NCBI GenBank assembly: GCA_963737155.1
Contig: CAVTRN010000002.1
Span: 2,816,001 to 2,880,000, forward strand
Direction of reading: 5' to 3'
Source of the DNA: Nitrospirota bacterium
GTDB lineage: Bacteria > Nitrospirota > UBA9217
DNA: 64,000 nt
Made by a program: the position numbers and the translations under genes. Shown here piece after piece: positions 1 to 10,225 of the stretch (position 1 is its first letter; the number at the start of each line of letters is the position of its first letter). A model generated the notes under the pieces. That model was given only the letters and a program-made list of their open reading frames with translations, was not told the origin of the DNA and searched no databases.

Positions 1-325
1 AGCATTGGCGTAAGAACCGAGAAGGGTGGTAAGATCGGGGCGGGACATACCATTCCAGGCAATGCCGAATACCATTCCAGGCAATGCCGAATACGATGCC
101 AGACGGGGCAATATATTCCCGGACCGTAATTATATCGGACACGATTTCCTGAACTTGGTAACCATCGTGGACAATGACTAAACCCCGCGTTGCCGCAAGT
201 GCCTTACGGTCAGAGCTAATTGAACCTACGGATTCACCGAGCACTGCCAAGGCAGGTTTGGCCACCACCAGCACTGTTACTAGAAAAGCGATGCGGATGA
301 ACCAGGAACAGATTTCATTTTTCAT
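1..325 (-). pseudogene. DUF2844-family secreted protein, frameshifted by a 22-bp tandem duplication; runs off the window edge
   Basis: ATG at 325 with AAGGAG upstream. Translation MKNEICSWFIRIAFLVTVLVVAKPALAVLGES...VREYIAPSGIVFGIAWNG. Removing one 22-bp copy restores MSRPDLTTLLGSYANA, the expected DUF2844 continuation. Confidence 0.65.
47..94. repeat. Perfect 22-bp tandem duplication ATACCATTCCAGGCAATGCCGA x2 plus partial ATAC
   Basis: Positions 47-68 are identical to 69-90, read directly. Confidence 0.95.
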
Positions 326-1089
326 AAAAATGAACTCCTTCTTCCGGAATATTGAGTATTCGAGTCAACAGTCATCGCAAAAACTGTTTCATTCCGTAGA
401 TCGTCGCTCGATATCCTATTCAGACTTCCCACGCTATTGAGATGCATGGCAAGGTCGCATATGGTTAATGATACAATTTCTCATGGTAATAAATCAAGAG
501 TGAACAGCAATCCGCAGTAATTCCATAACAACATGGAAAAAAACTAAACAGTACGGGATAATACCTTATGATGATATCACTTGCGGCATATTCGGAAGGG
601 TTTTTTAAAGACGTTTTTGACGAAAAAGGTTGCCCTAAAACATTATTTCCCCGGGAAGCGGGAATTAGCCCCTAATGCCAAACCGGCCGTTTTTAGTCGC
701 GAAGAAACTCGCTTTACGCGTTATCACCTGCGAGGCATTCGACCCCGCATCTTACAAAAAAAGGGATGCTTACCACTCTTGGCCTGCCAAACATAAGGTT
801 CCCCGCCATGGAGTTATAAACTCCGCGCTTATCGGGTTAGGTAACCATTCAAGTACTATTTTAAATACTAATTTAATCCTAGTGGGTTGTTTAGGATAGC
901 TATCGTTTTTCTAAAAGATTTTCAGAGGGAAATATATTTGCTGCGTGATTACTGAGTATTCAGGTCTGTCTGGCTAATGATTTGTCTTTTTTGTGTAAAT
1001 TTGATTCATTTGATCGATGGAAACGAGAATGAGATGCATGCCTTACGGACCACCTCTTGCATGGTCAAAAACCTCTATGGCGTTCGCGG

Positions 1090-1827
1090 TCATCGCCGGT
1101 ACCATCTTTCCAGACGCTCAGGCGGCACGCCCAGGCAGTATAAGATCTGCAGCGTCAAGTTTCTTAACGTGCAGTACAGAATCCCTTCGGCCGTGTATCG
1201 GCGAGGCGAGGTTATCACTTTCGCAGAGATGAGAGCAATGCTGTCACCGCGCCTTCGTATGCGCCTCATCAATTCCACATCTTCCATGATGGGGATGTTC
1301 CGATATCCGCCTAGTTCCTGAAAATAACCACTGCGAATGAATATAGCCTGGTCACCGAAGGGGACCCGGGTGAGGCGAGTGCGGAGATGGACATATCTTT
1401 CCGTGATTTTGAAAATGCGCCGATTGGTATCGAACCCGAGATCAAAGGCTCCGGCAACGACACGCCGGTCGCTCATCGTTTTTTGGATCATGAGGAATGC
1501 CTCCGCAGGCAACAGTGTATCGACATGGAGGAAAACCAGGATTTCGCCCCTTGCAATCGTCGCTCCGTTATTCATCTGGCGGGCGCGGCCGCGCTCACAT
1601 ATTGTTTTCCGAACGCACCCCGCTGTTATGATTTTGATCGTGCTGCCCGACTGTTCACCGTCCACTACAATGATCTCTACACCACCGCTGGACTTCTGTT
1701 CAAGAAGACGGCTAATCGAAGCATTGATGATCGATGATTCCCGCCATACAGGCAAGATGACCGAAAATAGGGGAGGACTCAACTCAAAACAAGAGTCGAA
1801 TTGCATTATTTCCCCCGTGCATTCCAT
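1090..1827 (-). CDS. GT2 glycosyltransferase, TIGR04283-like (rSAM/selenodomain-associated transferase 2); probable start at 1806
   Basis: SVILPV, IIVVDG, GRARQMNNGA, FLHVDT, PFGDQAIF, MEDVEL and TSPRRY motifs. Confidence 0.85.
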   Translation of the reverse strand: MECTGEIMQFDSCFELSPPLFSVILPVWRESSIINASISRLLEQKSSGGVEIIVVDGEQSGSTIKIITAGCVRKTICERGRARQMNNGATIARGEILVFLHVDTLLPAEAFLMIQKTMSDRRVVAGAFDLGFDTNRRIFKITERYVHLRTRLTRVPFGDQAIFIRSGYFQELGGYRNIPIMEDVELMRRIRRRGDSIALISAKVITSPRRYTAEGILYCTLRNLTLQILYCLGVPPERLERWYRR

Positions 1828-2200
1828 GCTATCCGTATGACCTCGATGCGTTCCTGTTTAAAACCAAAGTGCGATTATCCAAGGCGCCATACCGACTGAA
1901 CCTGGATTACGTGTGCGTTTTCGTCAAAAAAGATTTCGACATTGTCTACGAACCGCCAAATTGCGCTGGTGTAATCAGCACGGACATAGCTATCCCTTCC
2001 CTCGGTGATCATGGCCCGTTTCATCTGCCCGATAATTTTTCAGATCGGCCAAGGCTTCCTCCTTGGATCCTGAGTAAAGCCGCGGTTCAAATACTGCTCT
2101 CGGTCCGTGCTTCTGCCTTAAACTCAATTTGGCGTTTCCGGGCAAGGGCCAACCATCCATCTCGGAGCCCGAAAATTATCGGGGGCACACCAAAACATTC
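1806..2200 (-). pseudogene. DUF1499-family protein remnant
   Basis: Fragments PCPETPN*V*, YSGSKEEALADL, YVRADYTSAIWRFVDNVEIFFDENAHVIQVQS..RLG*SHFG..ERIE with stops and frameshifts. Confidence 0.65.
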
Positions 2201-2536
2201 GAACAAAATAAACTTTCTGCGAGGCTCGAAACCGCTTCTGTCGCAAGTCCACTATTCATCATTACGCCAATTGGGGGTAGACTATAAATATCGTCCAGAG
2301 AAAACATATCCCACCTCCCCAAAAAAGTATATAAAAATCGTTTCGCCTGATCTTCCACTCTTTATGAATCTCCCGCTCTTCAATAGAACTTTATTTCTTC
2401 CTTAGATTAACAGAACCGACCACCGCATTTCACCCCTAATTTCAACGTTGCTTGTTCCCACAAAAAATGCTCAACAAGGACTGGCATATGGATCCCCCAA
2501 TTTATCTGCGTTACTTTCGTATTTTGTCGATCCGGC

Positions 2537-3541
2537 CTATACATAATCCTCCCTCCTTACAACACCAATGACAGGCTCATTGTCCAGAAAACGCTTCACA
2601 TTCTCCATAGCCCGCCTTGTTGCTTCGTCAGCGGTTCCCGGGACCATTGTTGAATTGTGCGGCGAACCGATCAGGTTGGGCAACTCAAGAAAGGGATAAC
2701 TCGTATAAAATTCACCGTGCAAGAAGGGTTCGACCCACCAGGCGTCAATGCCCGCCGAAAAATCGGGGTTGCTTACAAGATGAGCAAAGAGCGCGGCTTC
2801 GACTATAATTTCGCCACGCGCCACATTGACCAGAATAGCATTCGGCTTCATCCAGTCGAGTTCCTGCTTGCCTATGAGGCCGCGCGTTTCTTTCTTGAGT
2901 GGCAGGGAAATAACAAGGACGTCCGATACAGAAAACACCTGTTTAAGACTGTCCAGTGTACCAATGAAATCGACCGGTTCATCGGTCCTACCGCTGGTGT
3001 TTACCGCGAAAATCCGCATGCCCAAGCCGCGCATCAGCCGGGCCGTTGCTCGGCCGATTCCGCCGAAACCGAGAATCCCGCAAATTGATCCCTTCAGTTT
3101 ACAGTTCAGCACCGATTGATTAAATTCTCCCCGCATGAGATTGCGATGCTGCCTAAAAAGATTCTTGGCCAGTGCAAGGGTCATGGCAAGAACGTGCTCA
3201 GCCATGGGTTCTGCATAGGCGCCGACGTTGCCGGCGATAACAATATTCTCGGGTACTTCAGCATAAGGTACGGAATCCGCGCCTGCCGAAAGCAGCTGTA
3301 TCATCCTGACGCTCTTCAGCAGGCCGAATTCACTCGGTCCCAATTCCTTCCGCAGATTCCAGGACAACATGGCTTCCCCATTGATGAGCGTTTGCTGCCT
3401 CAACCCGGACGGCATGTCGGTGAGGAATGACACGTATGATTCCCTTCCGAAATATTCCCTTATCTGAGCCCGCATCGACTCTCCTGCTTTATAGGTGACG
3501 ACGATAGAGTGTTTAAACTGATTTTCGGGCGAATTTGTCAT
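2537..3541 (-). CDS. D-isomer-specific 2-hydroxyacid dehydrogenase
   Basis: GILGFGGIG Rossmann motif, LVNVARG, DAWW.EP and SPHNS. Confidence 0.9.
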   Translation of the reverse strand: MTNSPENQFKHSIVVTYKAGESMRAQIREYFGRESYVSFLTDMPSGLRQQTLINGEAMLSWNLRKELGPSEFGLLKSVRMIQLLSAGADSVPYAEVPENIVIAGNVGAYAEPMAEHVLAMTLALAKNLFRQHRNLMRGEFNQSVLNCKLKGSICGILGFGGIGRATARLMRGLGMRIFAVNTSGRTDEPVDFIGTLDSLKQVFSVSDVLVISLPLKKETRGLIGKQELDWMKPNAILVNVARGEIIVEAALFAHLVSNPDFSAGIDAWWVEPFLHGEFYTSYPFLELPNLIGSPHNSTMVPGTADEATRRAMENVKRFLDNEPVIGVVRREDYV

Positions 3542-3574
3542 ACCTTAGTTCTTATCCTCTCTAATTCTTTCTTT

Positions 3575-5006
3575 TTGACATTTTCCCCGGCCTAAAGACC
3601 GAGGATTGCCGAATCAAGCCCTGTTACTACTACCAAGAACCACTGCAGATTCTGTTCGCAGATTCGGCAGAGATGTTTGCCACGTCCCCGGCTTGTGGGC
3701 TGATGTAATGGCCTGGTATTCTTCTAGGCACACCGGTTAACCGCTGGATGTGCCAAGCAGCCAGTACTCCAGGAAACCTTTATTTGCTCCGGGAGATTCT
3801 TTTCAAAATGTTGATTGCCCCTCTTACTTCAGCATTGATTACGGTGCCGTATTGGTTGCAAACGTAGAGACCACAATGCACACGATTGGATTTCCGCTTT
3901 AAATAACAATTACAACAGGTTTGGCTCGAGCAGCCTCATCTATTTTCACAACGCGGATACCCTTAGCACTGGCTTTGCACGTAAGCATTTTAATGATCAA
4001 GTCAAACGGCCATTTGTGGAGTTGCTGATTTCCCCTGTTTCCCCAGTCTTTGCCACCTCTAATTCCATGGAGGTCCCCCACGATGATCGTGGAGACGTCT
4101 GCATCGCTGACAAGAGCTTTGGTTAAGCGGTGAAGCAGGTGGGAACGTTGGCGAGACCGTTTTTGGTTAAGACTGGATGCTTTTCCGGATTTGCTCCTTT
4201 TGGTCTTTGATACTTCTTTGTCAAAATATCGCTCACCAGAAATTAATTCTCCACCAGGCCAAAGGGATGTAGTCCCCTCTGTACAAGCATAGCAGCAGAA
4301 TTTATTATACCAAGATCGATGGCCATCGTTTCCCCGGATCCTTTCAGTGCGGGGGGAAGGAATTGTATAGACGAGATGGACATACCACTCGTCATAGTGA
4401 TAGACCTATGTGTCTATCTGAATATTGTCTTCGGCCAGACGGGTTCCCTCAGGCAGACTGAGTTTAAGATATATGGATTTTTTGTCATAGATGCCTTTTG
4501 GTATGCTGAACCGGCCCGTAGATGTGCGTGAGTTCCAGGTAACAGCCTTTTCCTTAAAGGTAACAGAAGAGAGAATCGTTTTTCGTCTGAAACCAGGCGG
4601 CTTGGCTTTCTTATCTCCTTTTTTGCGAAGTGCATGACATGATTTATATAATTGCCACAGCACTTCCAGCACAGCTTGAGCACTTTGCGAGTGCAGTTGG
4701 CGATACCAGAGAGGGTGCTTTTGTTTAATAGCGACATCAAGATCGGCGTAGGTGAGTATCTTGCCTGTGGCGTCCCAGACTTCTTTTGCATGCTGCAGGG
4801 TTGTGTTCCAGAGCTTTGTTGCAGAATGCTTTACCGACAAGTGTCATTGTTTAGACCTTAGTATCTTTCGAGGGCTCAAACCATCATTATTGAGTATATC
4901 ATACTAGAGTGCATTTGCCACTCGATAGTGATAGAATCTCACTTTGTTGTTTTGCAACCAGTGTCTTATCTCCGACCTGAAGAGGCGAGATTTACGGTGT
5001 AGGAGA
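3575..5006 (-). mobile_element. Degenerate tnpB-only IS200/IS605-family element (IS1341-like)
   Basis: Subterminal hairpins near 3585-3606 and 4968-4992. The right end finishes in TCAA (3575-3578). TTAT precedes the putative left end. No tnpA present. Confidence 0.75.
3770..4885 (-). pseudogene. tnpB: TnpB RNA-guided nuclease pseudogene
   Basis: LHSQSAQAV..KAKPPGFRRK; RuvC-I MAIDLGIIN (about 4300-4326); VGDLHGIR..NQQLHKWPF..KA..GIRVVKIDEA; RVHCGLYVC..INAEV.GAINIL; multiple frameshifts. Confidence 0.85.
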
Positions 5007-5430
5007 ATAAATATAACACGGGTTGAATATATATCGGATGCCAAGATCGGAGTTCATTGTTCGGCGTTCACTGCAAGTGAACTGAGTCGATATCTGACAG
5101 GTAGTGAGATTAAGTAAACTATCGCGCTTGTCCGCGTTTCCGCGCGATTTATTTGCTTTTCAATCGCTAAAAAACTCCATGAAATTGTTTTGCTCAGTAA
5201 TGTTCGTCCCGTGGCTTCGCGTGGCCGCACTGCCAGCCTTTGTTGCCCCTCTTCATGCGATGGATTGATCATGACTAGGATTGTCATGAAAGACGTCAAA
5301 GGCAACCGCCTAGCCGGATCCGGTATAGCGCAAGGAAAGCCCAATTACGGCAATCTCTGCCTCGGAACAGGAACACAGATTTACAATTTTGCAGTGGTTA
5401 TTAATCGTCTCATAATAGTATTAACACTAA

Positions 5431-6459
5431 TTATGCCGCATACTTTGTTGTTTCGTTATTAAAGTAAGCGCGCACACGATCAGGAGACTTTTGGATAAAC
5501 CTCAAATGACTGACTACTGCACCATGTAATTGTTCCGGTGAACTAATTGCCTGACGACCAACTGCATTGTTCTTCAGGTCATTCCAGACTCTCTCATCGG
5601 GATTCAGCTCTGGAGAATACGGCGGTAAAAAGAACAGACGAAACTTTTCCTTAATGGTTTCAATATAGTTAGAAACCTTGCGAGACTTGTGTGACGGATG
5701 ACCATCAACGATGAGAAATATCATCCGTTTGCTGCCTTGAATAAGCCGCTTTATGAATTCAATAAATTGCTGCGACGCTACGCGACCTTTGACTACCATG
5801 AACCTAAATTCGCCTTGTGCACTAACAGCCGAAATCATATTCAATCCGAAGCGCGCTCCTGTGCTGCTCACAATCGGGGTCTCACCCTTCATGGCCCAAG
5901 TGGTGCCCGCATGATGATCAGAGCGAACGCCAGCTTCATCTCCAAAGAAGATTTGAGCCTTCATGCGACGCGCCATGCTTCGTATCCGAGGATACTCCTT
6001 CTCCAGCCACTCCTGAACCGCTGCCGGCTTTTGCTGATAGGCACGCCAAACAGGACGCTGTGGAGTCAATCCCAACTGTCCCAGCAAACGACAAACGGAT
6101 GCTTTGCTCAATCTCATACCAAATCGCTTATATATTACCTGCCCAATGATCTTCGCTGTCCACAGGGCATAGGTAAACTTCAACTGAAGCGGATTTTTCG
6201 TGGTCACAGTACGATAAACCCATTCTATAGCCTTAGCATCCATTTTTGGCGGGCGACCGCCTCGTTTGTTGGCATCAAGAGCACCCCAGCCCCCGTTTCG
6301 ATATCGTGCCAACCAGCCATAGATGGTGACGCGATTTATACCCAGGGCTTTGGCCACCAGTTCGGGGCTTTGTCCTTCCTGGACACTATTTACCGCACGC
6401 TTTCTGAGCTCAGTCAGAGTTTTATGGTCAAGATTTCTCGCATCTGCTTTTTTCTTCAT
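5431..6459 (-). CDS. IS630-family transposase
   Basis: N-terminal HTH domains; FFGDEAG, LIVDGHPSH and FLPPYSPELNPDE (DDE triad). Confidence 0.95.
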   Translation of the reverse strand: MKKKADARNLDHKTLTELRKRAVNSVQEGQSPELVAKALGINRVTIYGWLARYRNGGWGALDANKRGGRPPKMDAKAIEWVYRTVTTKNPLQLKFTYALWTAKIIGQVIYKRFGMRLSKASVCRLLGQLGLTPQRPVWRAYQQKPAAVQEWLEKEYPRIRSMARRMKAQIFFGDEAGVRSDHHAGTTWAMKGETPIVSSTGARFGLNMISAVSAQGEFRFMVVKGRVASQQFIEFIKRLIQGSKRMIFLIVDGHPSHKSRKVSNYIETIKEKFRLFFLPPYSPELNPDERVWNDLKNNAVGRQAISSPEQLHGAVVSHLRFIQKSPDRVRAYFNNETTKYAA

Positions 6460-6466
6460 GAAAATA

Positions 6467-6495
6467 ACTATACCACAGATGCAAGATTATGTCAA
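6467..6495 (-). promoter_or_regulatory. Sigma70-type transposase promoter overlapping the IR (also present in copy 2 at 54450-54478)
   Basis: TTGACA-17 nt-TATAGT on the minus strand; the -10 box ends 7 nt before the ATG. Confidence 0.7.
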
Positions 6496-6650
6496 TACTA
6501 TTATGAGACGGTTAATAATATTGCCGTTTTCTCGAAAGCACTCTCGGAGAAGATGGCGGGTTTAGGATTTGCTTCCCTGTCTCACGATAGAGAAATCGAC
6601 ATACATAGTGGTTACCTAAATATCACGGTAATAACTATTCCTAAATCTAT

Positions 6651-6674
6651 TCCCCGCGGCAAGCTGCGGGGAAT
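6651..6674. repeat. REP-like palindrome TCCCCGCGGCAAGCTGCGGGGAAT
   Basis: Same hairpin motif as in the elements at 35600 and 54631. Confidence 0.7.
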
Positions 6675-7112
6675 AGCAAGTCTAATAACAAAACTATAAG
6701 TGAATTTCAGTGGCTACACATTTAGGGCAAACAATAACCTAACCCGTTGCAAGATAGGAGATTAATATCAATGAATCCGCGCCTCCCATGGGACGGGCAT
6801 CCGCTACGGTACACGCCAATTGGCACCTGGTGAGTTTCGACTATGACTAACATGTCCTTCACAGCCCCGGTTGAAGCTTTGGAGAGCTCAATTTCGATAT
6901 CAGCAATATCTTCTGATATGAACGTTCTCATTTATAAGAGAATCGGGCATAAAAATACATTTGCACGTTTTTATCAATTTGGCTGCTGAACTCTGGAGAT
7001 CAAACGTTTTTCTCCTGCTGGACGTCTGAGCCGCGGCGTGGTAATATATGTTAACAAGCATTACCGATCCCACACCGGGCTCCGCCCAGCGTGGGCTGGA
7101 AATGAATTGATC

Positions 7113-9047
7113 ATGTCCATACATAGAAAAATCATAATCATAATCGGCCTTGGAATGTTCCTGTTCATGGCGATCGTCTCATTGTCTCTCATGAGCGTAG
7201 TGACTACGTTTTCTTCCATAACAAGTGAGGTAGAGCACACTTCCGGCGAGACACAACTTATCGCGAATGTCGGAAAAGCGATCTTGGAAATGTCCTACTC
7301 AGTTCGCCATTACATCGTAGCGGGAGATAAAAAATACCGAAATGACTACGATACTGCGCGATTGCAAATGCATGAGGAGATAGACAGGCTTGCGGCATCT
7401 GAATTGAAAGCAACTTACCCTCACGTAATCGATTCCCTGCGGTTGAATGCCACCTGGCTCGAGATGCAAGCCGATCATCTCTTTGCTTTGGAACATCCCC
7501 TGGGAAAAGATCGGGTCAATGCCCGCAATCTGGTTATCGGAATAGATAATCTGACCGAAAGGACCAGAAAGGACATCGAGACTCACGTCAAGGAGGAATA
7601 CGCACTTCAGAATTCGCGTCTCTTCGACTACGTTTATTTTCAGAAGACACGGATAGTAGAACTCTTTGTCGTCATTCTGCTTCTGTCGCTCTGCTTTTTG
7701 ATCGGCTTCAGCATGTACATCCACCGCACGGTCGCCGAACCCTTTTCGGCGCTTTGGAACGGAGCTATGGAAATCAGCCGGGGCAATCTCGAATACCGCA
7801 TCCGGCTGGATGGAACTAGTGACGTTGCACAGCTCGCGGAGCGGTTCAATGACATGGCCGTGCAGCTCAAACGGTCGTATTCCGAGCTGGAAAAGAAGCT
7901 GCTAGACCGCACTAACGAACTGACCGCCATCGACGACGTGGCCCTTACCCTCAGTCAAGCAGCCAGTCTCAAGGAAATGTTGTCTCGGTCACTCGACAAG
8001 ATCATCGAGAGCCTATCCGGTCTGGAGTCTCGTGGCGGGGTGTTCCTCTGCGACCCTGATGGTGAAACGCTACGCCTTGTAGCGCACAGCAATCTGCCTC
8101 TCCTTTTCGTCGAGCAAGAGGAAACAATTAAAATGGGCGAGTGCCTTTGCGGTATAGTAGCCCAGAGCGGAGAAATTCTCTATACCGAGAACAGCTGCTC
8201 AGATGTGCATCACACGCGCAGTAAAGACACAAATCCCCACTCGCACATCATTATTCCGATCAAGTCGCGCGGCATCGTGCTTGGCGTCATCTTTCTGTAT
8301 CCCCAGAAAGAGTTCTCGCTCAAACCGTCAGACCTTCAGATGCTTGACACGATCGGCGCTCAGCTCGGGATGGCCGTCGAAAACCTTCGGTTTTACGCCG
8401 AGGTGAAGGATTCAAGTGAAAAATTTTGGGACTTGTTTGAGAACTCCAGTGATATTCTTTTTACCATTGACACATCGGGCACATTGACGGCAGCCAACAG
8501 CGCTGCGGAAAAATTTTCTGGCTACACCAAACCCGATCTTATCGGCAAAAGCGTGTTCGATTTTCTCACTCCCGAAGCAGCACAGATGGCGAAGCAGATG
8601 ATGAACCGCAAAGGCGTTGCTGCGCGGCAAGTGGTTGAGTTCGAAATACTCAAACGGGATGGAACCCGCGCATTTATCGAAATGAACGCACGCAGACTTT
8701 ACCGGCAGAGGATGCCAGCCGGATACCAGGTCTCGGCCCGGGACATGACGGAACAGAAACTTATCAGGGAAAAGCTTATGAAAGCTGAGCGGCTAGACGC
8801 CATCGGAGAAATAGTAATTGCCGTGCGGCATGAGGTCAACAACCCTCTCACAACCATCATTGGCAACCTTGAACTGCTCATTGAACGCTACGGAGATCAG
8901 GACAAGAATCTCCTGTACCGGCTTGAGAGCATTTTGAACAACTCTCTCAGGATAGCTGAAATCGTTAAACAGCTCCAAGCCATCAAGCGCGACAAAATTG
9001 TGGAGTACATCAACGGCGTTTCTATGACGGACTTGAAGCAAGAGTAA
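7113..9047 (+). CDS. Membrane sensor: periplasmic helical domain-HAMP-GAF-PAS-HisKA, lacking HATPase_c
   Basis: Two TM helices; HAMP (LAERFNDMA); GAF (GECLCGIVA, IPIKSRGIVLGVI); PAS (ARDMTEQK); H-box RHEVNNPL. No N/G1/F/G2 boxes before the stop. Confidence 0.85.
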   Translation: MSIHRKIIIIIGLGMFLFMAIVSLSLMSVVTTFSSITSEVEHTSGETQLIANVGKAILEMSYSVRHYIVAGDKKYRNDYDTARLQMHEEIDRLAASELKATYPHVIDSLRLNATWLEMQADHLFALEHPLGKDRVNARNLVIGIDNLTERTRKDIETHVKEEYALQNSRLFDYVYFQKTRIVELFVVILLLSLCFLIGFSMYIHRTVAEPFSALWNGAMEISRGNLEYRIRLDGTSDVAQLAERFNDMAVQLKRSYSELEKKLLDRTNELTAIDDVALTLSQAASLKEMLSRSLDKIIESLSGLESRGGVFLCDPDGETLRLVAHSNLPLLFVEQEETIKMGECLCGIVAQSGEILYTENSCSDVHHTRSKDTNPHSHIIIPIKSRGIVLGVIFLYPQKEFSLKPSDLQMLDTIGAQLGMAVENLRFYAEVKDSSEKFWDLFENSSDILFTIDTSGTLTAANSAAEKFSGYTKPDLIGKSVFDFLTPEAAQMAKQMMNRKGVAARQVVEFEILKRDGTRAFIEMNARRLYRQRMPAGYQVSARDMTEQKLIREKLMKAERLDAIGEIVIAVRHEVNNPLTTIIGNLELLIERYGDQDKNLLYRLESILNNSLRIAEIVKQLQAIKRDKIVEYINGVSMTDLKQE

Positions 9048-9756
9048 TGTGAGCCTTACGAGCATGCAGCGCCTGTCAAATTCTCCCGTGAGAATGATCG
9101 GGAGGCTCGGGTCCGGAATGTATCTGATCCACCGATCAGTGATGATCAGCGCACGCTAATTCGTGACTGCTTCCTTCTCGCGCCTTTTCCCTCCCTCTTC
9201 TCCCAACGGCGCACGCCGAGCTCCTACACCATTCTGTCGCTGCGGTAAGCAATGAGTGATTTTGGCAACATGCACAGATCACATGGCTTTGGACGTGCGC
9301 TTCGGTAAGCGCGGGCAAGACTGAAAAAAACCTGGGATCAAAACAATTGCGGGTCTGACGACACCTCCTGGTTCATGAAGCCAGACAGCTCAAATTTGTC
9401 GAAGTCTCGAAGCAGGAAAACAGCAGCGAGGTGGAAAAGCCAAAGACCCGGTTCGGTTCCAACGCTGCCTTTCCCGTTTTCATGAAAGCGCACGACCTGT
9501 TGTTGAAAGAAATCGCGCACATGTTCGGAGAACGACTGCTCATGCGGGTGACGCAGGAGACTCGCAGAGCTTTTTCGACACCCATCGGAGCAAGTTCCCA
9601 TACATGCAATTTACAGACGTTCTAAGGATTATTACCACAACTTAACGATAAAATTGTCGATCAGCAGCTCGATTTATCTAGATTTGAACGGATTTATCGA
9701 ACTCGGGACTCGGTTCCTGCATGTCTAGTGGGTCCTTACCCGGGGCACTGTCGTGG

Positions 9757-9786
9757 TTGACAGCGATACAGGCTCTATGCTATGGT
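9757..9786 (+). promoter_or_regulatory. Putative sigma70 promoter of the TPR gene
   Basis: TTGACA-18 nt-TATGGT with an extended TG, followed by AAGGAG and ATG at 9812. Confidence 0.45.
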
Positions 9787-9811
9787 AGTGTTAATCAGAA
9801 AGGAGTCCTAC

Positions 9812-10225
9812 ATGGGTAACAAGCATATAATGACATTCCTTGTTTTCCTTACGCTGGGGCTAGTCACTCTGACAGCGCATGCAGCCGACGAGCTTTTCGA
9901 CAATAAGGCCGCCGCAGCACATATCGACAAAGGCATTGCCTATCTGAAGGCGAATAATTTTGACGCGGCTGTCAGGGAATTCGATGAGTCCGCTTCAATA
10001 TCTCCCGAAGCTGAGCCCTATTATTATCTCGGCTATACCTATTATCTCAAGAGTAGGAAGGGGGACGAGGAAAGCCGCAAACTGTCCCTTGAAAACTTCA
10101 AGAAAGCTTACGAAATCGAACCGAATTTCACTCCAATGCGGTATGAACCGACGGAGCCAACTCCCCATCAGGACAAACAGCGACCGGAAACAGGCGCCAC
10201 CGAGTCGCCGTCTGGGGCACAGTAG
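9812..10225 (+). CDS. Exported TPR protein with a Pro-rich tail
   Basis: Signal peptide (..TAHA), TPR patterns (GIAYLKANNFDAA, YYYLGYTYY, AYEIEP) and RBS AAGGAG. Confidence 0.75.
   Translation: MGNKHIMTFLVFLTLGLVTLTAHAADELFDNKAAAAHIDKGIAYLKANNFDAAVREFDESASISPEAEPYYYLGYTYYLKSRKGDEESRKLSLENFKKAYEIEPNFTPMRYEPTEPTPHQDKQRPETGATESPSGAQ

Larger units (their letters stand above)
5401..6515 (-). mobile_element. IS630-family insertion sequence, copy 1 (1115 bp)
   Basis: 26-bp imperfect terminal IRs TTAATCGTCTCATAATAGTATTAACA / TGTCAATACTATTATGAGACGGTTAA, flanked by TA at 5399-5400 and 6516-6517. Boundaries confirmed by comparison with copy 2. Confidence 0.95.
5310..6606 (-). pseudogene. IS1634-family transposase 5' remnant interrupted by IS630 copy 1
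   Basis: Joining the flanks across the TA gives MYVDFSIVRQGSKS*TRHLLRECFRENGNINHCKIVNLCSCSEAEIAVIGLSLRY, resembling the IS1634 N-terminus (..RHLLRESYRE.GK..H.TIANLS.CS..EI.AI..ALR). Confidence 0.7.

Noticed and set aside
2118-2126. TGA at a conserved Cys position in the DUF1499 remnant (CPETPN*V), a possible second Sec
   Set aside because: A TAA follows two codons later and the gene has several other lesions, so this is ordinary decay.
5698-6699. 333-aa plus-strand ORF (and 283 aa at 53681-54532)
   Set aside because: Antisense shadow of the IS630 transposase; its ends differ between copies and it has no recognisable motifs.
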